DNA of 64,000 bases. It comes from the human T2T-CHM13v2.0 reference genome, Homo sapiens. Within the stretch, counting starts at the first letter, position 1. Each line of letters starts with the position of its first letter. The notes under the pieces are model-generated. The model was not told the origin of the DNA and did no database searches. It saw only the letters and a program-made list of their open reading frames with translations. Below are positions 53,661 to 64,000 of this stretch, piece by piece. The stretch is taken from NCBI RefSeq assembly GCF_009914755.1, contig NC_060929.1. The stretch is one strand, 5' to 3'. Position numbers and translations under genes: made by a program.

Positions 53661-54434
53661 CTATTGTTGTTTTTAGTCCATAGTCCCATAGATGGTGGAA
53701 GACACCATGCCTAGAATCCTTTCTTTATACAACCTTTAGTATAAAAAATAGACACTGAACTTTTCTTTATAACATCAACCAAACTCAGGGAAGTGTAAAT
53801 GGCAAAAAAACTTAAAGATGTCTCTTCCACCACTGGAACTGATAAAATGGCTTAAGTAAAATAAGGAGTTTCTAATAGAGGCGTTTTGGAAAGACGGAGA
53901 TTTTCTTGACTCTTAAGTTTTTCTGCAATAGTAAACAACTATTCTTAGGAAGAATCAGTTGATGGTCATTTTTTGAAAAAGGTAATTCTATTTCCAGGAT
54001 ATTTTTGGAGAATATCAAGGGTGGGAAGTTTAAATTGGGATCTGATCTGCCCTAAAACACCATGGCATATAGATCTTAGATTCCATGGTCTTTCCAGAGT
54101 GGAAAAAAGATTGTTTTGTTGCCTTTCTATCTGGAGGGGTCCTGCAGTTTATGGAAAAAAGTGCATTGGTCTACAGGTTCGTCTGGTCTTATCTGATGCT
54201 AGTCAAAATCATAATATCTCTGAGGCAGGAGCTTCTTATGCTGGAATCTGTAGGTAGGCCAGGGCAGGGGAGGGAAACCATGAATTTAAGCCTTTGGAAA
54301 TTATATATAAATATTTATGTGTGTTTGTTTTTCACTTGTATAAAACATAGCTTTATCTAATACTTGAAGCAGTGCTTGATCCAAAAATATTAAAACTATT
54401 TACTGAGAGTGTCTCAATTTAGGAATAAAAGAGA

Positions 54435-54475
54435 TGTGTGTGTATGTGTGTGTGTGTGAGAGAGAGAGAGTGTGA
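54435..54475. repeat. (TG)n(AG)n microsatellite
   Basis: Read directly from the sequence. Confidence 0.85.
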
Positions 54476-54814
54476 CTTTTTTTCACCAAGGACAGCAGTC
54501 CTTGGGAGCTATTTCTGTAAATACATCATGATCCAAGGGACATGTCCCAGAGAACATGATGGATTTGTGCTCTCCCCTTGCATACAGTCTAAAGTTAGCT
54601 TGCTAAATGCAGCAGTGGCTCAGGCAAACTTTGCAGCAGGTGCAGTGGATAGCTCATTCCCAGACAGAACACCAACATTCTGATAAATAAACTTGACTTC
54701 TGGCAATTTCTGACTTAAAATTTATGCTGAAAAGAAAGAGGGATAAAAAATCCAATGTAAAAAGTTTTGCTTTTCCTTTCTTAGCAGACGAAAATGTCAC
54801 TTGTCTTATAATTT

Positions 54815-55327
54815 ATTTTTATAATTTTTATTTTTATTTCAATAGTTTTGGGATACAGGTGTTTTTTGGTTGAACATAGGTAAGTTCCTTAGTGGTGATT
54901 TCTGAGATGTTAGTGCACCCATCACTCAAGCAGTGTACACTGTACCCAATATATTGTCTGTTATCCCTTACACCCTTCTCAATCTTCCCCCCACTCTGTG
55001 AGTCCCCAAGTTCCATTATATTGTGCCTATGCCTCTGCATCCTCATAGCTTAGCTCCCACTTATAAGTGAGAACATGTGATATTTGGTTTTCCATTCCTG
55101 AGTTACTTCATTTAGAATAATGGTCTCCCATCTCCATTCAAGTTACTGCAAAAGACATTACGTCATTCCTTTCTATGGCAGAGAAATATTCCGTGGTGTA
55201 TATATACCACATTTTCTTTATCCACCCATTGGTTGATGGGCACTTACGTCAGGTCTATATCTTTGCAATTATGAATTGTGCTGCTAGAAGCATGTGTGTG
55301 CATATGTCTTTTTCATATAATGACTTC
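54815..55327 (-). mobile_element. L1PB (PB3-like) 3' end
   Basis: tttcaatagttttgggatacaggtg...; TSD TCTTATAATTT at 54804-54814 and 55328-55338. Confidence 0.92.
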
Positions 55328-55583
55328 TCTTATAATTTTCCATTCACATGAAGTCCCATGGCAGTCCAAGGATGAGATCCGCGTTATGACAAGGGCCATA
55401 GGAAAAGCATAGGCACTCAGCTCCAAAGCTGAAACATGCCTTTTCTCAAAGAACTAAGCCTTCTTGCTGTCTGCTAAAAACTATATATTTTTCTTTTTCT
55501 GTAAGTGGGGTGCCTGTTTGCTTGTTTATTTGTAATATTCAAGAGTCATGAAATTCCAACATAACACCAGTTATCTTTTAGAG

Positions 55584-55811
55584 CAGGGAAAGGCAAACTG
55601 TGGCCCACAGCCTGTTTTTGTAAATAAAGTTACTCTTTTTGGCTTTGTTTGAAAAAAACACATCGCCACACTCATTTGTTTATGTATTGTCTGTGGCTGC
55701 TTTTGAGCCCTACAATGGCAAAGTTGCATAGTTACAAAGAGATGGCATGGCTCACAAAGCCAAACGCCTTTACTATCTGGCCTGTTACAGAAAAAATGTT
55801 TGCTGGCCCCT
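55584..55811. mobile_element. MER58A hAT MITE
   Basis: caggg..ggcaaactgtggccc...gcctgtttttgtaaataaagtt...tttgctggcccct. Confidence 0.88.
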
Positions 55812-56954
55812 AATTTAGTGAATGAAAAATTGCCTGAGGGAAATTTAACATTTCCTTTCTTCATACATTTTCCATGATCAGTTCCTGTGCATAGAAGAGA
55901 AACTATTGGATGTATTAGAGGTAGGGTCAGTGAAGGGGATATTGGGGGTGGGCATGAGGTACACAATGAGGCTAATTTGCTTCTTTTTACCCCCACATCA
56001 TCACCTAGGATTACAAGCCCCAGGGCCCCTCTCTTCCCTTACCATTCCCTTAAGTGGAAAGAAGCAAATACGAAATAATTGCTGTGCTTGTAGTGTTTAT
56101 TTATAGTATGTCTTTTTTCATATAAAGAAGAAAGAACAAAAACTGCAATAGGCTGAGTTGAACTCATTTTTCTTGCAAGTCAGTAGGAAGCAATGCCAAG
56201 ATTAGCGATAGGGAGAGATTTTTTACAACATGGATATTTTGCTCACAGCCCATTGTCAGTTTGCTGCCACCTGTGACTTCTCTCCCTTTGGATCAATAGA
56301 GCAGTCTTACTGGCATAACTTTCTAATCGGGCTCTGCTGTAACTCTATGATGGGCTCTTTCCATTTTACTGCCTGAGCTAAATTTATTTCTCTTCTGACC
56401 TTTGCAAGAGTCTAATCATCTAGAAGAAAAGAATTTTTAGCATCCCTTCTACCACAGAAGAAGTGAAGCCTTGAATATTTGCTATGCGGGACACTTTCAA
56501 AATTTGGCTTTAGAATTTTTAAAAGTGGGAGGGCAGTCATTGCTGGCAAATGGAGATGAATCACTTGAGGTTTATCACACGATCCTAGAAGAGTGAGAAA
56601 AAACGATGAACACTTTTTAAAAAAAGTCCTTGTAGCTAAAATTGGTAGCTTGAGAAATAACTGCCACCCTTGTACGGTTGTCATGTTTTTTGTTGGGAGC
56701 GTAGGTAAATGAGGAAACCCAATTCTATTCTCAGGGATTGGACATAATTCCAAGGTTCCATACAGTCTGGGCCAATCATGTCACGCTGGAATACCTTTTT
56801 GGACCTAAGGCTCTGAGAGGCCACTGAAGCTCCATTTGCATCCCCAGGGGGCTGTACTGACCTCTGTGTGGGGATAATACTGTAGATTTTCCCTGGGTGA
56901 GATAAAATAAAACATGAACTCAGCACTGGGCCCCACAGCGTGAGGAGGTTTGGT

Positions 56955-57408
56955 ACCAGGGCAAGGTGAGAGAGTGACAATAAGGTACTTGCTTCAAAAA
57001 CAAAATTTCAGGGGACACTAAAAATCTCAGCAATTAAATCATATTTTTAAATATCAAAATTAAAAATTCTCAACCAAATATCAAAAATATAAATAACAAC
57101 AGGTTGTCATGGTTTGTTCCCTTTATGACCTTGCATTATTATACAATGGGAATAATTAGTCCCTATTTCTCAGTCTGAGTGGCTGTCATCCCCCCTCCAA
57201 CTCTCGTAGGTGTATCAGAATTGAAAAATGGCCTATGAGCATATTAGCTAATATGAGACTTTATACATAAAGTCATTTTTTAAAAAATTTTAGGGCTTTT
57301 ATTAACTTTTTTGCACTTGGTTCAAACTTTGGGAGATTATTTAATCAGTGCATATAGGAGCACATAAATTTCCTTTTGCCTCAGCCTCTAATGTGGCTCC
57401 AGAGTACT
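56955..57408. mobile_element. MER96B-like hAT element
   Basis: caaaatttcaggggacact...ccttttgcctcagcctctaatgtggctc. Confidence 0.5.
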
Positions 57409-58699
57409 ATATGATGTTATCATAACAAATGACTAAACTCTTAGTTAGACAAGCACAAACACTAGAACAAGAATATTTGAGTAATCTTTTATGCTGAGTT
57501 CTGGAGGTACAGTAAAATCAACAGAGACCACAGAGGGTAAAAAGGCTGGACTGGCTTCTATACTGCTTTGCTCAGCCATGCTCCTAGCTTCTCCAACAGA
57601 CATGGAGTCTTGCTGGTCACGAAATCTCTTGTTTCATACATGTTCCTCCTCTTCTCCTGTGACCCTGGGGTCCCTCAGTCTGCAAGGAGTTGCAAGCTCA
57701 AACACCTATAGCATGAGAGCGGGTTTCATGGTAGGTTTGGTAAGGACTGTATTGAAGGATAGCCTGAGAGTGCTATTTAGGCTGAGTAAAATGTCAGTGG
57801 ACACAGGGACCCAGTGTCTCCAGACTTTCTAATTCTTTAGGTGGGAGAAATGTTCTGATTGTTAAAGGTTGACAACTAATTTAAAAATGTATAACTCAAG
57901 CCACATAAGACATAGGTGAGGGCAGATGTGACATCTTGTCTTAACCCTTTGCCTTCCTTGCCCATAATCCCCTGATTGAGGGAGAATAGGAAAATAGGAC
58001 AGATCACTATCCACAGGGTAGAAAGGCCTCAGACAGGATTCCCTAAAACAGTGCTCTCCAGGGCAGAGATGTTCAAGTCCAGGATAGAAACAAGACACCA
58101 CATGGGGTATAGAAGAAAATGCCAGGATTTCTATGTATGATGATTTTTCTCATAAAAAATAATGTCAGTTGTTAAAGTTTACAGTGTACATACTATCTTA
58201 GTACATAAAATATGTATGTAACTTAAATATGTATGTAGTAGAGATGCATGCTTAAAACATAGAAACAACATAAAATAAGTAAATAAAACAAGTACAGAGG
58301 ATTGAACTCAGTGAAATTAGATTTGCCTCCTGCTGGAATACCTCTTGCATGTTACGATGCATTAATGAGTGGCAGTCTTCTTTTTGTTCATTGGATAGCA
58401 TTACCAAAGACCTCATTTCCTCATGCTGGCTTCAGTATGTACTAAGTTCTGGGATGAAAGGGATCTGAGGATTAGGAGAGACAAAATGTTCTACCTGAGA
58501 TGGTATGCTTTGAATTATTTTTCAGGAATGAAAGTAAGTTTGGAATTGCTACACCTACTCTTACTTATGTTGCATCCTTCTTTGTGAAGTATATGCTATC
58601 ATTGAGGGGCCATATTGGTTCAGTAAGTGGCTTGACATGTAATAATGTGAAATGGACCCTCACAACATAAAGTTCCTTATCAGGACCTCATCTAAAACC

Positions 58700-58930
58700 A
58701 TGTAACTACCATTTATTGAACATTTTCCATGTGCCCGGCCCTGTCCTACATTCCTCATTGAGACAGTCAATCCTTAAAATGATCCAGTGTCAGTTTCGGG
58801 TATTATGTCTATTCTTGAAGGTGGTGACACTGAGCCTCAGAGGAATAAGTGACCTCCCCAGCCAAGGTTCTGTAGGTACAGGAAGTTGTTTCAACTCAAT
58901 TCTATCAGAATGTCAAACCTATACTGACAC
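58700..58930 (-). mobile_element. MIR
   Basis: ccatttattgaacattttccatgtgcc...gacactgagcctcagaggaataagtgacct. Confidence 0.75.
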
Positions 58931-60639
58931 CCACTCCACTCTACAGTCTTCTATGATACAACCAGCTTAGCATGCTTGGTGCAGAACACTAGGTGCATGG
59001 CAATTAAGATGTGTCCCTGTTCAGAGGGAGGCTCCATAGCTGCTGGGTTTCTCTACTAAAGTCTAAAAGACATGAGAGTATCATCACGAGATAATGGACA
59101 GCTTGCTGAGAGACAGGTCAAAATTATGAAAGAAGACTATATTATTTATTCATTTTTATAAAAAACTTTGAATTTCAAAACCTCGACCAAGGTTTTCAGC
59201 TTTTCATCAGGGTAGATGAGTTAACTTGGCAAGGATACTTGGTAGTAGTTTGACACTCAGCATCAGTATTCCACTTTCTCCAGTAGCCCTTCAGTGCTTC
59301 AGGAATAAGGAAACATTTAAAAACTGCATTCCTCAGATTCCCATGTACGACATGTGCCTGTATGTTTTTAAACAAATACATATATAAGTATATATAGATT
59401 TACTATATTTTCTTAATGGTGACATAGTTTTAATTTATTCTTCATGCATTCAACACATATTTATTATACACCCTTTATGTACCCCATACTGTTCTGGAAA
59501 CATGGTCTCTGCATTCATGGCACTTACAAGCTCTCTGTTATGAAAACAGACAATAAGTACATTTTAAAGTGTGTAATAAAATATGTATAAATAATAAAAA
59601 TGTATACATTAGCTAGCAAAATTAATAACAATATTGATATAGTAATAATCCAAAGCATAAATGTACCAATATTTACATAACATCCCTCTAGTGATAAACA
59701 TTTAGGTTTTTTTCAGATTTTTGCTTTTAAACCACAAAATGATGAGCATCCTTGTGGCTGCATCTTTGCTTTCATGTGCAAATGTGTTACTGTGAAAGAA
59801 CTTTCTAAAGTTTCACAATGGTGGGTTTTATTATTTGCAGGAAATATTCACATACCAGATGGTTATTTGGACTATGAAATGTAAGGCCCTGCCAGACTGT
59901 GAGACTTTTCTAATTCCAAGATTTAATATCTTGAAGAATTTCAGACCAGTGGTTAAAGGGATGGAGAGTGAGATGGGTCCCAGTGCTGGGTGTGCCAGGC
60001 AAGCCTTACCTGTCCCTCTGCCCCAGGAGGAGTCTTCGCCAAAATTCAAGGAGGCTCCTTTCCCTCTTAACACCTTCCCCTGCCTCTTCCTTTCCCTCTC
60101 TCCCTGCTATTATTAATGGCAGGCTGGCTGCAGTGCAGGCAACATTATTGTTACCTTTCTTGGCCCTTGTCATATTTTATTCTGGAGCTTGAAGTTTTGC
60201 CGATGGTTAGTAGCTAACAGGTATAAAAATAGCCCACTTGTAATGAGGAACATAAAAATGCAAAGAGGGTTGTGGGCTCACAGAGCTGGCAGGTTAACCT
60301 TTGCAGGATTTGCTGTAGAGTATTGACCACAGCATAATAAAACTTGGGTGAGTAAAAGAGGGACAGAAGAGAGCACTTCGATGACAAATGATAGATCAGT
60401 TTACTCTTCAGAGAGGTGGGAAAGAGACTGAGTAGGTTTGCAATCAAACTCTCATTTATTCTTTGCCTCTACCTTAAAAAGAAGCAGGCTGGATTTTATT
60501 TTCTTTGGAATAATTAGGTTGTTTTTGCCTCAGTGAATAATGTTTTGCTTTATAGGCAAACTAGCCTTTCCCGTTATGCTTAAGAGACTTAAAGGTGATG
60601 GAAGATTGAGGAGTAATTGATCATTAATATCTCCAACTA

Positions 60640-61400
60640 TTTGTATCTCATACTTGCTATGGATGAGTCGCTGAGTTGTCACCAGACATAAACAAGACAT
60701 ATGGTCCCTGATCTCATGAAACTGAAGGTCTGATCTGAGAAATGGACATTACGCACACAATTGTATAAGCAGTAAAGGAAGCACTGAATGGAAATATGTG
60801 TTAAGGGAAAATAATAGGTTCATATAAAAGAAAAAAGGGGAGGGAGCATCAGATTGCGTTGTAAGGAAAGGTGATGCTTGAGCTGGAACTTAAAGATGAG
60901 AAGGAGCCAATCATGTGGAAATAAGAACATTTTGGCAGAGGAAGAATATATATCAAGGTCCTGAGACAGAAGAGAAACTGAAAGGTCAGTGGGACTGGTA
61001 TATAGTGAGCAAGAAATAACATGATTGTAGGTAGGCTGTGACCTGATTCTGGAGGGTTTTGAACCATGGTAAGAGCCTTGGGCATGTTCTAAAGGAGTGG
61101 AATGTTATTGAAGAGTGTCAGGAAAAAGCCTAACATGATCAGAATTAGGTATTTTTCAATGTTATTCTGGTTGCTCTTGCCTGCACTGATTGAAGTGAAA
61201 CAAGGATGGACACAAGGAAATTACTTGGAAATGTATCACTGAACAAGAGATGCTGATGACTCAATCTAGAAGGGTGGTAGAGGACTTGGAAACAAAGAAG
61301 TTCAACTCAAGATAATTGTTTTTCCCCAGAAAAAATCAAGGTGACTTGATGGATTGAAAGACAGAAGTAAATAGGAGGAAGGCTTTGTGGAATGGGAACT
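60640..61400 (-). mobile_element. L2
   Basis: atggtccctgatctcatgaa...ggaaaggtgatgcttgagctgg...ggcagaggaaga. Confidence 0.75.
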
Positions 61401-61729
61401 CAAGTCACTGTGATTTTAGTGAAGTAATTCATAAAGCAGTCATTTTGAGGCAGCTTCATAAGTACTTTTCAAACCTATCCTCTTGGAAATTGTAGGATGC
61501 TTTTTTAAATTTACCTTTTTCATTGCAGTGTAACTGCAGGATGCGCTATATAACATAGTTAACTTTTCAAATGTTATCAATGCTATAGACCCAGTGTTTT
61601 CCTCCAGAGTTTCCTTCCATGTGTCCTTCCATGGTCTCTTTTGCATTTGGAAAAATGGCTTGCCATAGGAGGGACTGAATTTTCATTTTGCAGATTATCA
61701 AGTATTTCTATTCCAGGTATAAATTAGAT

Positions 61730-61935
61730 CAGTGGTTTTCAAATGAAAGCAATGTTGTCTTCTAGGGAATGTCTAGCAATGTCTGGAGTTGATTATCACA
61801 ACTGGAGAGGTGCTAATGGCATCTAGTGGGTAGAGGCCAGGAATGTTACTAAACATCTTATAGTACACAGGACAGCCCTCACAACAAAGAATTCTTCAGT
61901 CCAAAATTTCAGTAGTGCCAAGGATTAGAAACCTG
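61730..61935. mobile_element. MER20 hAT MITE
   Basis: cagtggttttcaa...ggcatctagtgggtagaggccagg...agaaacctg; 8-bp TSD-like AATTAGAT/AACTAGAA. Confidence 0.9.
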
Positions 61936-62783
61936 AACTAGAAGAATGTTTATTGGCTTTGTGTTCTGCATGTAGCTGGAGAGGACTTGAGCCTGATCTG
62001 TGTTTACAGTCTGTTATGGGCGGGGTAGGAAACACAAAAAATCTTAAGTTCTTTTTTGTAAGTTTCTGATAAGAATGTTCAAAACTATAAAATTTACATG
62101 TGACAAATCAAATACAGAGCTGTAGACTATGAACAAAAATCTAAATATTCAATTTAATACCTTGTATTTCAAATTTAGATCATGTGTTAGCAAGCCTAAC
62201 ACTTAGAGTTTATACCCAATAGATACCTCCTCTAATTTCTCCCAAATTGGATCTTTACTTCTTCCCTACTTGTTAATGTGACTTCATGAGAAATACTCAG
62301 AACAACCCTATGGTGAAATGAACAAAGTACATGAATAGACAGTTCAAAAAGAAGAAATGTGTGAAACTCACAAACATGTAAAATATATTCAAAAATTTCT
62401 CATAACCACCAGAATGTGTTCCTCTTTTTTGGGGGAACAGTGGGTTGGGAAAAGTGTTGGAAGAGTAGAAGTATCCTCGAGGCATTTTTTCTCTTTTTTT
62501 GTGTGTGAGCAAGAACTGTACCATGCTGTTTTCTAAGTCATATTACTGGGGAGTAGGAAGTGATGAGAATAAAGAAAGGCCCCTTTCTACATGACTCCCC
62601 TACACATGGAAATCTCCAGGAAGCTACACAGAGGTGAGTACAGTTTTGTACAAAATTCAGGCAAAATAATGGCCCACACAACACCAAGTCATGATGGGTA
62701 TCCCAGAAATAATTTACATAGGAATTTCCACCACTCTGTGAAATGGTTGGAGCATAAGTTACATACTAATGAATACTGTTGAA

Positions 62784-62818
62784 ACACACATACAAACACA
62801 CACACACACACACACACA
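62784..62818. repeat. (CA)n microsatellite
   Basis: Read directly from the sequence. Confidence 0.9.
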
Positions 62819-63204
62819 AACATATGTGTGGGTTTTTTTCTTGTCTCCCTCATTTCTAAAAATAGCTTACTATGGATGCATTGTCTAGTCTTTCCCTTTT
62901 CCCAAATAAGATGTTGCATTGACCAATATGTGCCAATTTCAACAGTATGCATTTTTGCCTGTGTTTTAATGATAATTAAAAAACAAAAAGCCACACTGGC
63001 CAACAACTGGCAATAGTGTCATGCCTCTAGTTTGCTTCTTATAATGCTGAGAATTGCTCATCCAACAGATTGGGTTTTCCACGGCATTGTATTAATAGGT
63101 ATCCAATGCCATTATCACTGGAAACCCATAGAGAGTGTCTGATTTCAGAATAACACACATGCAAAACAATGTACAATGAGAATGGAAACTTTTAAAACAT
63201 TCAC

Positions 63205-63389
63205 CTACAGGGTCAGGCTGGAAAGCATCTAGCAATTTTAGAAATTCTTCCTGAGCCACAGAGACTTTTGAATATTTTATGTATCAGAAGACCTCCTGAT
63301 GGCATTTTTGTTTCCTGGTTTTCAAGTTGACGTTTATTCAATCTAATGGGAAGCCAGATTTTAGGAAATATTTCTTCTCTCTTTGGGTT
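63205..63389 (-). pseudogene. Candidate decayed exon (185 nt) with two in-frame TGA
   Basis: ctgtttcttctttgccctgcataattgcag| acceptor, TAG|gtgaat donor; reads TQREKKYFLKSGFPLD*INVNLKTRKQKCHQEVF*YIKYSKVSVAQEEFLKLLDAFQPDPV. Confidence 0.22.
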
Positions 63390-64000
63390 CTGCAATTATG
63401 CAGGGCAAAGAAGAAACAGTTTTAATGCTCCACTGGATATTTACAGTTGGATGATATTTTTCTTGTTCAGGGGCTGAATATACCCTGGTGTGCTGTTTTA
63501 AAAATCAATCATAGATACATTTACATAGTTAGTACAAGCACAGGCAGTCCACAGAGGGGGAAAGTTTCAGTGTTGGGGAAATAAGAATTAAGAATAGAAT
63601 TCCTACCAGCAACATTTTGGACCCAATTTCTACCCATTTTTCCTTTAATGCAGAGAATTTTTTAGAGTGAATTAGTTTTCCCACTGCATTGTATTAATCG
63701 GAATAAAAGTCATTATTAGAGCAAACCCATAGAGCAAGGTTGCTTAATTAGGAGGCAGTTCCTGGAATTAAAGACACAGACTTTCATAAAAACCCGATAC
63801 AGTATAACAAAGTGAAATTTTAACCAATTAACTTACATCTATACAACATTAAGCAGACATTAATTGTGTACATACAGAATTCGAGGGACTATCTAAGTGA
63901 TGTTTATACAGACATAAGTGAGAGGGAAATGGAAAGGAATTTACATGTTGGTATTTTTGAAAGTGTTATGTTTAAAAATATAAGTGCTGGGTTCCAATAC

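Noticed and set aside
53973-54360. Overlapping ORFs with ctttccag| and CAG|gttcgt or TAG|gtaggc sites
   Set aside because: All three frames are open across the short segment, so there is no discriminating signal; no homology recognised.
55571-55996. 141-aa ORF
   Set aside because: More than half is MER58A sequence.
58526-62640. Tiny + strand microexon-like pairs (58526-58533, 61694-61716, 62620-62633)
   Set aside because: Not frame-preserving and expected by chance in 64 kb.

Overview
AT-rich, CpG-poor primate (most likely human) genomic DNA, intronic or intergenic in character, with roughly half of the window made of transposable elements: about 17 Alus (J, S and Y types, many with visible TSDs), L1s of many ages, MaLR/ERVL solo LTRs (MST, THE1, MLT2), hAT and Tigger DNA transposons, MIR, L2 and L3/CR1. 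There is no prokaryotic system, CRISPR array, rRNA or tRNA, and no gene I can name. Most entries in the ORF track are TE-derived or chance ORFs. The main non-routine signals are: (1) a chain of six exon-like segments on the + strand (115-5971) whose spliced product has only 4 internal stops in about 253 codons, a candidate decayed unprocessed gene or lncRNA; (2) isolated exon-like segments on the - strand, one of them faintly RGS-like; (3) a TSD-bounded L1PB whose 5'UTR appears to have been spliced before integration, which has also lost its RT domain and carries a nested MLT2 LTR; (4) several fold-back or templated-insertion scars; (5) a very short twin-primed L1PA insertion. Subfamily names are by-eye matches to remembered consensus sequences and need RepeatMasker/Dfam confirmation. 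Boundaries of ancient repeats are approximate.
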